Shown: positions 8,237 to 20,040 of the stretch, one piece after another
Layout of the letters: every line of letters begins with the position of its first letter
Numbering within the stretch: the stretch's first letter is position 1
Notes under the pieces: generated by a model
What the model was told of the DNA's origin: nothing
Seen by the model: the letters and a program-made list of their open reading frames with translations, nothing else
Database searches by the model: none
From: Paraphysomonas bandaiensis
Taxonomy: Eukaryota; Protista; Chrysophyceae
Direction of reading: 5' to 3'
Length of the DNA: 64,000 nucleotides
Assembly (NCBI GenBank): GCA_965644295.1
Contig: CBFFRP010000044.1
Span: 1 to 64,000, forward strand
Translations under genes and position numbers: made by a program

Positions 8237-10892
8237 ATGTATGAAAGTGAAGATCTTGAAATGATTCATCCTCATAATTCCCCATCAAATCCTAATGAAA
8301 CTACTTCATTAATCCCTCCAACCTCCTCTAATCCATCAAACACCACACATCCATCATATAAAGAGATATACCTCATATATATCTCATATATCATAATACT
8401 ATTATTAGGATGCGGTATGGGATATACTTACTATACATTTCATCAACATATCTCACATATAACACAACAATATCATATCTTACATCATCAGTTTATAGAT
8501 TATCAATATAACAATGAATTGCATATATTAGAATTAAAAGATCGTGAAAAACATTATCATAATCAATATGAATTATTAAAAAATTTTACTATTAATTATA
8601 GTAAAGAATTTAATGATCGTATATTTGTATTAGAAAATATGACAACTAATGCGGATGTGATTGATAAACTTCATATAACTGAAAAGAAAATACATAAAGA
8701 AATGGAAAATGAAAGATATCAACTAGAGAAAGATATGGCAGCTGTACGATTGAATGTAACTCAGCATATTGCCCTCTCGGATAGTCTTATAGATGGTAAA
8801 CTCTCTGATGTGGATAATCGTATACGTCGGTCAGAAGACAGGGTAAATCGATTGATTGCTCAGACGTATGAGAATGTGAGTTTGGCGGTAGCTTCTGCGG
8901 ATCGACACATTCAACGCATGCAGAGCAATGTTACTGCCCAAGTAGCCACCATGAGTGCATCAGTACAAGGGGCAGTGACCTCTGTGGGGGGTATGGTGGA
9001 TGCTGCCAAAGAGGACATATACCAGGAAGTGCAACTAGTTCATGATAGTATGGACCAATACATCGCGTTCACTAATAATCAGTTTGCCGCAGAGAATGAC
9101 TTCGTCAAATATCAGCTCGCAGGTACTATAATACTAGTCGTATCCATGTTGTTGACCTGCTCTTTCAGGAAGTTTCTCCCTTTTGGCGTGCCTTATTTGC
9201 CTCTGGCACGTCACATCTCATCTTCGACATTTCGATAATCCTGATGTGCAGCGACGTGTTCTAGCTATCTTATGGATGGTTCCCATATACAGTGTTACGA
9301 GCTGGCTAGCATTAGTCTTTCCATCATCTCAGCCTGCACTGGGAGCTTTCCGTGACTGTTACGAGGCCTATGTTGTCTATACCTTCATAGCATTTCTTAT
9401 TGCAATTCTAGCTCGTGGTAAAGGTAGGGGGGAGGTCATTAATCTACTAGCATCTCGAGTAAATCCTCAAAGGTCGAATTCCGTTTTGACTGAAAGTGAC
9501 AGGAATGGTCCAGGTTCAGAATTTGGAAGTGATTCCCCGGACTGCGGCGATGATTCTGAACGTAGTAGTCCAAAAAACAGCCACAAAATATCTGCCCCGT
9601 GCTCGTGCTGTATTCCCGCTCGCACTAAAAACCATCCCCGTGCGCTTGCTTCTTCTATACTTTACCAATGTCAAGTCATGGCAATGCAGTTCGTGCTTCT
9701 TAAACCACTTCTTGCCGCTGCTCCTTTCGTGTTCCGCTTATGTGGTGTGGACTACGATGATCTACAACCCATTTCGCATGGAAGCATAGTATGGGGAAGC
9801 CCAAGGCTGTACGTTATGGTGGTTGCCAATATCTCTGTCTGTGTTGCCTTTTATGGTCTTCTCAGTTTCTATCACATCACAGAGAGAGATCTTGCGTGGT
9901 GTGACCCGTGGCCGAAGTTTTTATGTGTCAAGGGCGTCGTATTCATGACTTTCTGGCAAGATATTCTGTTACAACTTATGAGTGGTTCAGGCTTAGTGGA
10001 CTCTAAAGCCGCTGCACAGATTCAAAACTTGCTAATATGCATTGAGATGTTTATGGCGAGTATTGCGCATTTCTATGTTTTTCCGCATTTCGAGTGGGCC
10101 AAAGGATATCGCAAGGAGGCCCTTACACGTACGCGCATACGCGACACGCTTGCGCTACCGGACTTCGTGACAGACGTGCGACTTATGACCTTTGGTAAGG
10201 GATGGGAGGTAGAGAGCAACGGATCAATAGACAGGTCATCTCCTATGCAGAAGGAGCGTAGTACAGGTAGCAGAGGAGAGGAAACTGCTTTAGTTGACAG
10301 AAGACGAAGTCGCAGTGGAGACATTTCTCCTGATGCAGAGAAACATAGTACTTGGAGGGAATATGGGAGCTGTCTGCAGATGCGGAGCCAGGATCAAAGT
10401 GACAGAGGGAGTGAAGGAAGTGGGGACATGGAAGGCCTGGCGACCAGTCTGTACACATACAGCACTATAGATCCCCCATCGTCAGATGACAACGAGCCCA
10501 GAGTGGGCAGCAGGAAAAGAGAACCTAGCTTTCGAAGGAGTGTGGGTGAATCGAAAGGATCACCAGAAAGAATGAGGTTTCAAGCAGAGCATGGAGGGAA
10601 GGAAGGGCATATCGAAAATGAACCGATGTGCTCTGTGGCAGCCGCTCTTGGGTCGTTGGACTTTTCGTGTACTGACAGCTCCCATGTCCCATTCAGCTCC
10701 AGTCTTCATGCTTCGGATAATGAAGACACAAAAGAGATGAAGGCTGACACAGCACCTGCACCTACTACAAGTTCTAACAGCAGTAATAAGTCAAACTCAC
10801 GTGCGACGAAGCGATCCCCTGATGTAATATTACATGGTAGTGATGAGGAGCTGTCGACTGATGAGGATGTTATAGTTGTTGCTTCAGTTTAG
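8237..10892 (+). CDS. TMEM184/organic solute transporter (OST-alpha) family protein with N-terminal TM + coiled-coil extension
   Basis: Intron 9123-9168 joins the two ORFs; motifs HLRHFDNPDVQRRVLAILWMVPIYS, RDCYEAYVVYTF, PWPKFLCVKGVVFMTFWQ, IQNLLICIEMF. Confidence 0.9.
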
Positions 10893-11264
10893 TGATGGTG
10901 TGTGTATAGTGAATTGCAATCGCAAATCGAATAATGTTTGGTTTTAGGTTAGTGCTGAAATGCTAGGTTATTTTGTATATTCTGTAATAAGTGTTGTTAT
11001 GATACATTTGTTTTGATTTTTCAAAGCACGGCAGTGCTAGCGTTTGGACTCATGCCCATTTCGGAGTAGAAGTCTTACTCTGAAAAGGCATGCAAAATAT
11101 ACACACTAAATCATATCCTACATCTCTTGAGTTTTGCTTGTAGTTGACCTGCAAGGTTAGTTCAAAGTTATAGAGTGATAGCCGTTGGTGGTGAACACAC
11201 TTTCCCGGTGTTGCTCAGAGAGTACCATGGCAACTCACTAATATTCTGTGATAATACACTCAAT

Positions 11265-11452
11265 TATTCATAATAAATTTCGTATCAACCTTCGGTTCGA
11301 TGCATCGTTCAAGTTTCTGCCCTATCAGTTTTGGATGGCAAGGTGTTGGACTATCATGGATTTAATGGTAACGGAATATTAGGGTTCGATTCCTAACAAT
11401 TCCGGACTTTTTTTTTTACAGTCCGGTAATTTGAATGAGAACAATTTAAATC
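11265..11452 (+). pseudogene. Degenerate, internally deleted 18S rRNA fragment
   Basis: ttcaagtttctgccctatcag...ggatgg...taacgga..attagggttcgattcc jumps straight to taacaat..cgg...gaatgagaacaatttaaatc; this matches conserved 5' SSU rRNA with substitutions and lacks the GGAGAGGGAGCC... segment. Confidence 0.85.
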
Positions 11453-11828
11453 TATTTTCAGAGTTCAGTTACTTCAAAGGGTGATTAGTATGCCAGAGCT
11501 TGATAAAAACGAAGCACTGATTACAGAAGGTTTAGGAGAAAGTCATAAAATATGTCCAGTCTTTTTTGTAAGTGCTACGGAAATGCGTGGTGACAATTTA
11601 AACATCAGAACCACAAATCGTAAGTTTAAATAACAAATATTTAGGTAACAAGTTATTAGGATGCAGTACGATCATGTTCGAAGTCCAAAATCAGCGCCAA
11701 CTATTCACTGAAGGTCGAATACTTAACAAGAACATAATAAACATATAATAGAGTTATCGTAACACAAACTCTGTGGTGATAAGTACTCTATTATGGGCCG
11801 GCAAAACTGGTGCTCTCAATGGTGACTA

Positions 11829-13354
11829 TTAGCTTCTAGCCAAACGTAAGTCTGTAACCTTTTTCACAGGGAAGCATTCTGTGTACGCAGGATCATCCGA
11901 TATCCATCCAGCAAATGGTGTGGCGGAAAGAAAAGTCTCCCGCTTGTGTCTATAAGTGACGACTTCTTGTTTGCAATCTCTATATGAACATGAACCACAG
12001 TAACTTTCCCCCATGCATTCTAGCAGGTCAAGATAAAGGGATGCTATAGCCCTGTAACATTGTCAGTAGTCAAACACAAAATCATCCCTGGGTGTTACCT
12101 TCGGCATAATCGGGACTCCAAATTACTTTTCCCCAGCTCTGCATTTTTGCTAATGGACGCTTTGGCAGCTCCCTGTGGCCTGCCAGTCGCGGCTAAGGTT
12201 ACTTCTACTGTGCCCCCAAGCACCCTCCGCTGTCTATTCGAGCTGTCGATATGCTTACTATCCACATTAAAGGGTACATCAGCAATCCAATTAATACTCG
12301 TGGCACATGGTGTGGCAGCACCCTGGGAGCCACGCTTGCGTTTCTTTTCAATAGTACGGTCTGCATCACTCTTGTCCTGTGCTTCTGTCAGAAGTGCAAC
12401 TTCGACAGCACACTTTCCATATTCAAATACAACATCACTGGAAGCAATAAACAACTCTGGTATGCATGGACAAAGCGCACACGATGAACGAAACGAGTGT
12501 TCGATACGGTCTACCAATGCTCGACGTAGTGCTTCCAGTTGTGCGCCTTCCTCTGCACCAGGGTCATTTCCAATCACTATCCCCGCTAGAGTTATCGGAT
12601 TCTCCAGCACACGAGGTATCAGACACCTGCTCGGTCACAAAAACGGAACATTGTGTCAGATGAGGCAAACGACTAGATTTTATACTGACCCTTGTAAACC
12701 CAAACAGCACCAACGTGTTATCTTATCGGTGCAACTCATGGAAGAACTTCGAACGGAGTCGTCCATGTCTCTCCTCCCAGGTTTCAATCGGAGCATATTC
12801 ACATATGCATTGTCCAAAGAATCATCTACTTTATGACTATCTCCATCTTCCTGTGATACACTTGTGGCAGTCCTACGAGATTTCTCGCCCGTAAAGGAAC
12901 GACATAGCCCAGTTCGTTTATACACTGACGCCTCACCGCAGGGACTATCAGAAACATAAAGCCACAATGACCAAGATGACTTCATTACCAACTTAAAACC
13001 CTTCGGATTTGATGAATCAATATGTTTTTCAAGTGGACAATATGGATTTAATTGAAATGATTCATCTTTTTGTAAATATAATGCACATAATAATATATAA
13101 CGTATAAGACATCGACGACTTAATACTTCTGCATGTGAATCTGATAATATAGCACCAGGTTCATAAGATTTAGATGAATTACTTAAACATTTTGTACCCG
13201 ATGTTATAGCAATAATAAAATATCCATAATGATCTATATATGCAACTATGCCTGATATAACGGTAAATTGACCGTTACATGGCTTCCCATTTGATGGTAA
13301 TTGAGAATAATGTTGAATAATTAATTCAGCTATATGATCTGCTTTATTTTTCAT
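11829..13354 (-). CDS. ADAT1: tRNA-specific adenosine deaminase 1 (ADAT1/Tad1)-like, 3 exons
   Basis: SGTKCL, DSHAEVLSRR, SDSPCGEAS, LRLKPGR, SMSCTDKITRWCCLGLQG; no dsRBD seen; introns at ~12627-12689 and ~12052-12098. Confidence 0.85.
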
Positions 13355-13635
13355 GAATATATAAAGGATATTAAGTTATAGGTGAGGTTTATATGTATTG
13401 TATTGTTAAGTGGTTTAGTTAAGGGCTATATGGACACAGCAGCGCACATACACACAACACTCGTACACTGCTTTATATGGTTTGGTGTATAAAATTAGGA
13501 AAATATGGTTATATATTGAGTATTTTATAGGATTTTTATATTTACTTTGATCATAATCAAACTTTTCAACGAAAATGTAGGAATTTTTACATAAAGGCTT
13601 GTATACGAGCAGCTGTATAGCAGTGTCCATCGGAT

Positions 13636-13773
13636 CGATCTTATTTTTCGGAAGTAAATTGAAGCATATATCCTCTATATTATTGTAGTACAATATACAG
13701 CTAAAATACAGATAATTATTGTCTCAATATTAGAGGAATCTTTCATCAAAAATATACAAAGGATGCCGATACA
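13636..13773 (-). mobile_element. ~150-bp MITE-like repeat family, copy 1 (partial, inverted relative to copy 2)
   Basis: Reverse complement of the element at 13794-13944. Confidence 0.8.
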
Positions 13774-13793
13774 ATGTCAGTTCACAATATACA

Positions 13794-13944
13794 CGTATCG
13801 GCATCCTTTGTATATTTTTGTTCCAAGATGCCTCTAATATTGAGATAACAATTGTCTGTATTTGTGCCGTAGTTGTATTGCAGTAATATAGAGAATATAT
13901 GCTTCAATTTATTTCCGAAAAATAAGATGCTGACTGCCGATACG
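13794..13944 (+). mobile_element. ~150-bp MITE-like repeat family, copy 2 (full length)
   Basis: Terminal inverted repeats CGTATCGGCA...TGCCGATACG; homologous copies at 24294, 28168, 54181 and 61290. Confidence 0.85.
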
Positions 13945-14422
13945 CAACGAAGACGAAGAGATACATACTACGAACGACTGTACATATACAGCAGACAGCA
14001 GGATATAATACGAGGGACATGGACAACAGATGCGTGCATTGTGTGCAATAGCTCTACCTCAATACCGACAGACACCATCGCACAGTCATGTGCCATTATT
14101 GTCTTCAGATTAACAGCTAACAGAGAGAATACACACACTCTATATACATACATGAACAAGATATATACCTCTAAGAGAAGAACGATGACTAAGAACTTGA
14201 TATGTCAACACTGTAGAGAGTGTGTAGTATCTCTGAATATGTATAACTCGCCCAATCTACATATAACCACACAATACTGAATACTGTATATAGTCAGCAC
14301 CGTAATGATCCCTCAAATGTTGAATTAGTATGAACGACAATTATTGAAATGATCCTGTGATCGACTATTTAGACGAACATCTTAATATGAAATCTACTGT
14401 ACTTCCCAGAATTCTGTGTTGC

Positions 14423-15036
14423 AGTGGCATAGCAAAGGTACATTGCTATGTTACCTGTTGATATGTATGGTTGGTGTTGTAATGCTGTGGCTCATTGCAT
14501 GAAGGACTGCTGCAAGAATTGCTATCCAGAGAAGAGTAAGTAATAACCGGGATGGCTCACACAAATGATAGGAGGCAGTATATGTCATATATACTATTCG
14601 ATGAGGTTAAATTGTAGCTTATCCTCTAGTGGCATAGCAAAGGTACATTGCTATGTTACCTGTTGATATGTATGATTGGTGTTGTAATGCTGTGGCTCAT
14701 TGCATGAAGGACTGCTGCAAGAATTGCTATCCAGAGAAGAGTAAGTAATAACCGGGATGGCTCACACAAATGATAGGAGGCAGTATATGTCATATATACT
14801 ATTCGATGAGGTTAAATTGTAGCTTATCCTCTAGTGGCATAGCAAAGGTACATTGCTATGTTACCTGTTGATATGTATGATTGGTGTTGTAATGCTGTGG
14901 CTCATTGCATGAAGGACTGCTGCAAGAATTGCTATCCAGAGAAGAGTAAGTAATAACCGGGATGGCTCACACAAGTGATAGGAGGCAGTATATGTCATAT
15001 ATACTATTCGATGAGGTTAAATTGTAGCTTATCCTC
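14423..15036. repeat. 205-bp tandem repeat, 3 near-identical copies
   Basis: agtggcatagcaaaggtac at 14423, 14628 and 14833. Confidence 0.95.
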
Positions 15037-15962
15037 ATGATGTTAAACATAGCTACTAACAGCTATATTTAACATTAGGTTGTATAGCTTTTAGTAGCTT
15101 GCTTGCTATAATAAGAAATACGTGTGTCCTGATTAGCATTAAGAAAACAAAAATGGGAATACATATTGTTTCAAATGAACGGTATGTATACTGGCTGTGT
15201 ATGCTTTGGGAGTATTGCAATTGCACTATAGATCAACTCAAACAATAAACCCCCAAATTTCTATATAAAATAGTAGCCAACAACAAATGTACTCTTACCA
15301 CAGAACACAGAAGGATACTGAGGGAATAGCAACTGTGAGGTTTTGAAATTCGTACATAAGTGTGATGATGAATGTGAACAGTTGTAGTCGCACGAAAGGC
15401 TTCTTATTACCTTAATTAGCATCATCATCACATTTATATACAATGTGCTTACCCTCCTCTGCTAGTGCACCTGATCGAATGATGTGAGTATGAGTATGAT
15501 ATAAGGTAAACTATATCCTCATAAGCACAAAGTAGCTCAAACCCTAAAAGAACTGGATGCCACTGCCCTTAACCACCTAATATACAGCATCAGATATCAG
15601 ATATGGCACTTAAACTCTCCAGAAATATTCTTGAAGTTGTTACGAAGTCCTGGATATGAAGATAGATCGCTTGCACGGACATCATTTATGATCTTGTACA
15701 GCAGTCGAAGGGTGAATTACTATAACTTGGATTGTTTGATGACCTGCTCTTGATAGTTTGTTCATGATTGTGGTCTCTCTACAATAGTGTTTTATAATGA
15801 AATCACGTACATATGACTATCAACATCATAATAAAGATAGAAGTGAGCTTCATTTGAACCGAATATTGAAGTGGAATGTCTATATTTTCCAGATGCTAAT
15901 ATGAGCGCCCTGTTGAGACAAAATCAGGTCAAAAGAAAGCTTTTTTTGAGACAAAATGGGAA
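15018..15962 (+). repeat. ~0.95-kb dispersed repeat (degenerate coding/TE relic), with an inverted copy at 55238-56189
   Basis: Colinear reverse-complement similarity over the whole length (e.g. aacaataaccccc.aatttctat, gcacttaaactctcc, gctaatatgagcg); stop-riddled protein-like frames. Confidence 0.85.
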
Positions 15963-17635
15963 CAAGATACTTATTGTTATTAGTCTAGGTAAGCGCATAA
16001 TCAAATTCCAATGTTACAGTAACACACCACCATAGATATATCACCCATACACTCCTCTTAACGGATGTAAACTATCATAAAAATATCATAAAATATCGGG
16101 GCCTATTATAATTCAATAGACCATCTGAAATGTCTTTAAACTCTAGACCATTTACCAGTCGTGGTTTCCTCGCTAAACTCACACTTTTCGATAATAGTTT
16201 CAACGGCTGCAACCCCCAAAGCCGCTATTGCGTTCGCTGTAAAGTATGCCGCAAATTTTGCTTTGAAAGTTGACCAAGCCACAGCCGGACTATCAAACCA
16301 CATCTCGATTGTACATGCACTACTGGCGAATAGAACGGCATTTCGGACGTAGTTTTTCACCATTTCTTTCGAAAGGTGTGCAATATCTGGATATCTGAAT
16401 AGTATTCGCATATACTTGGATCGTGTGTATGCTACTGGTAGATGAGCTTTAATCTTTTTCCCGAATACACTCCCCACTGTCGTCAGCTCCATACATATCT
16501 TACTATCTGGCTCTCTATGAAGAGCTGCAATCTGAACAGTGATCATGTCTGGTAAGAAAAGTTATTGAGTAGTAAGAAATGTGTGAGATATGTATATTTG
16601 CTGCTCTGCTTTATGTGTCTGTTAGTAGCTGAATTGTGAGTTGATGCTGTGATGCTCCCACAGATTGTATCCGATATCTGGATAATCAGACACTTTCCTG
16701 CACTCTTCTTCAATAATGACAAATGAAAACACAAAGAAACAGCATGGTAGGTTTCCATTGGCTAATGACAATATTGCCATATAGATATCTAATTTCCAGA
16801 TTTTTATACATAATATAAAGTCGTAGTTATATATGTACAGTATATATGACTATATAGCTAGCTACATATGAGATCTGAACACTATGTAAACTCAATAGAT
16901 GCCAACTATGAGGATATAGAACATACTTATAGTAAAAAATTAGTTCAATTATGCTTCATATTATCATGTATAGCTGATTCATTGGGATACTATCATCTAG
17001 TTAGTGATATATATACTTATACTCCTGTTTCTAGTGGCAGAAACTGAGCAGATGACAACTACATGAGTGAGATATGAAACTCAAATCGAATATCAGACAC
17101 TAGTTGTACCATAACATGGTCATTACTCCTCACATATAACTCAGCTGTAAGAAGCTATCTTGAGATCTATCGATAGGAATTGAAGTGATACAGTGAAATG
17201 TTCTGTTAAAACGTATATGTAAATATCTATTGGAATGACACTTATTGCATTTATATGACCAATTCAAAGAGGTTGTGTATATCGGAGCATAACAGTTCTA
17301 TGATTTTGGTCAGGCATGGTTTATAAAGTAATGATAGAGCTACTGTCGATCACTTCTTTTACATATTCAACGTTTCCCACAACCAGTTCGAGCAGTGCTG
17401 GATTCTATTGAACGCATCACTGTGGCGGAATAATTGTATTAACTAGCTGACGAAACACCCTCTCGTGGCTAGGCTAGATTGTTTCTGCACAATGTGCCGC
17501 ACTCGCTCCACTACGGGAAAAAAGGAATCAGGCAACACTGGTAGTTGTCGTTATGCGGTAGATCTTGATGCATAGAGTCGTTATTAATAATAACTGAATC
17601 ATTTCATAAATAGAATATGTACAATGTACAAGCAT

Positions 17636-17757
17636 CAGGGCTGCTTATTAATTAATTGTCAATTATTGAAATTGCATTTATTCAAATTGGAAAATCTATT
17701 CATAATTGCAATTATAATTGGCTCCAGCTCGCTTCAATTAATTGATACGCAGCCCTG
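17636..17757. mobile_element. 122-bp hAT-type MITE
   Basis: 23-bp TIR (CAGGGCTGCtTAtTAATTAATTG, 2 mismatches) and an exact 8-bp TSD ACAAGCAT at 17628-17635 and 17758-17765. Confidence 0.93.
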
Positions 17758-18064
17758 ACAAGCATATGTATAAACAATACAGAGCTGTTGGCATTGCATA
17801 TGGGTTAGCAGAACCGGAGACTCTGGTATCTCATCATAGGGCATCTTTAAAGCGATATTTTAAACTTACACGTTATATGAGACGAAAACATTGTGAACTG
17901 ATTCTGAACTAGTATGTCTCTTGAAGAAGTAGCTAAGAGCAGGCAATGATAGAGACAGCAGACTAATTGTACGAATATTGTTAATTTTAAACATCAATAA
18001 GCATAATGCATACATGAATAATACTTCTTAAAACGATAGCAAGGTGATAGAAGCGTCCACCATT

Positions 18065-19294
18065 CTAGTCCACTTCACCATCAGAGGTATATGATACACC
18101 ACCCTCTCCGAAGAGAGAATCAAACGTAATTCTCTGCATCGCTTCTTCAGAATACAACTCCGTCACTGGAGCAGGTCCAATAGAGAATACATCCCTTTCA
18201 CTTATAGTCATGCAGTCCAATGCTCTGGTTGGGAGAGAGGATGGGGTTGATCGAGATAGAGAAGAAAGATTAACAACTACGGGATCTGAACGATAAGATG
18301 TTAATCTCCGCAAAGTGGTACTTGCTGTGCTTGTGAAAACGCTCCCATGCACCCGCTCCCGGTATTGCTTTATCCTTTCCTTAGCAGCCATTATCTCTGA
18401 ATCAGAGAGAACAGGTACACGAGTCGGAATACCGCCACCTTTGCCTCGCGAGCGCTGTTTAGATTTATTACTGCTACAAGAGGAGTTCAGAGAGGTAGTC
18501 GATTCACTGTCATCACTGCGGCAACCCAATGTAACGATGGGCTTCGAGGGGTTCGAGGGAGGGGGAGAGGTTACCATCGCCGGGTTTTGAGGCTTCGTGG
18601 GCAATATGACTTTCTCTTTCGTAATAGAGCTGCTTGAAGATGCCGATTTTAAACGACGACGAGCTGACTTGAGAACAAATGGATTGGAGTACGCACTTCC
18701 GACAAGCTCTCCTATTTCACTTCCAGGAGAAAAGCGATAGGCAGCAACGAGGAAAACATGCCTTTCCATAGCGCGATGTTTGTTGGAGGTCCACCCGTAG
18801 TGCCATCCAAGAAGTTCACGGTTGAACTCGCAGGTAATTATACCCTGATCTGAAACCCCAACCACACCCTCGTAGTACTTCCCGAGGATGTTAGTTGCAG
18901 AGCGGCGGTTCTCTAGGAATCCACTGCGCGTGAGTGTTGAGCTAGGAAATAACGCCAACTTCTCAGCTGTAAATTGACCAAGCCAAACAACATCTTTTAG
19001 TGGTATATCACTGCAATCAAGTCCGTTATAAAAATCACAACGTGCTAATAGTTTCATACCGTGAGGTGGTTACATTAACCTTAATGCTGGTTCCACAAAA
19101 CTGTCTCTCAGTATGCTTGTGGGAGCAATGCGGGAAACTGAATCAAAACAATACAAAAATTAATCCAATTATTTCATAGAATAGTATTATACTCTATACC
19201 ATTGCAAGTTTTTCAAATGATCATTCCTATTGTTTCTGAGATAAGAGTTTGAGAACCTCATATCATCAGCAAATGTAATATCGATCTGAGACAT
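18065..19294 (-). CDS. Uncharacterised protein with a YxRNN..LKNLxCFPHC / WHYGW domain; apparent 1-nt frameshift near 19060-19075
   Basis: Exon 1 at 19294-19200 (MSQIDITFADDMRFSNSYLRNNRNDHLKNLQC), intron 19199-19138, then FPHCSHKHTERQFCGTSIKVNV; the continuation (MKLLARC...WHYGWTSNK...SNPFVLKSARRR) is in another frame. Confidence 0.65.
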
Positions 19295-20040
19295 TGTCGA
19301 TAGATAAAATGAAGTCCAAAGAGAAACATTGTGTTGACTTCATTATCATTTCTATAAGAATATAGTATCTATAATATAATGTTTCTGTCCAATCGGTAAT
19401 AAGATGCTCCATTGGATAGATAGTCACTTGGACTGGAATGATAATACAAACATTGGATTGAGTTTTTTGCAACCGTTAGGAATAGTATATGAGTGTAATC
19501 TAATAATAAGATCTTTCATGATATAAGATACTAGTAAAATAACAACTGAGTTGTATATAATAATGTGTTATTAATAAACTATAACAGTGTATAGTGGAGA
19601 CATATATATATATATATGACTTGCTAGATAGACTATTGTGATATGGTTATATTAAACTGTATGATGGGATTTCCGGTTTTTCCATGGCTCAAAACTAGGA
19701 AAAACAGTAAAATATAGGATTTTAACATTGCTATATGGCTAAATTTGTATATTTTCTGGTTTTTAGTGCTGTAAAAATGTGGAAGTACATACAGCAGTAT
19801 ACCGGTATATATACAGCAGTACATGTACATACAGCAGTCTATATACAGCAGTACATGTACATACAGCAGTCTATATGGCTATATGACATACAGCAGCAGT
19901 ATATACATGTACTGTATGTATACCTATATAGCTATCTATAGCCCTCCAACACACAGTCAGGTCTATACAAACCCACCTAGCTGTCTATTAAAGAACAACA
20001 CACATATATATATACATACACATATATACATATACATACT

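Noticed and set aside
11265-11452. Functional rRNA gene
   Set aside because: It is short, mutated, internally deleted and has no flanking rDNA.
17445-17460. CTGACGAAAC hammerhead-like core
   Set aside because: There is no room for stem II and no matching stems I/III were found.
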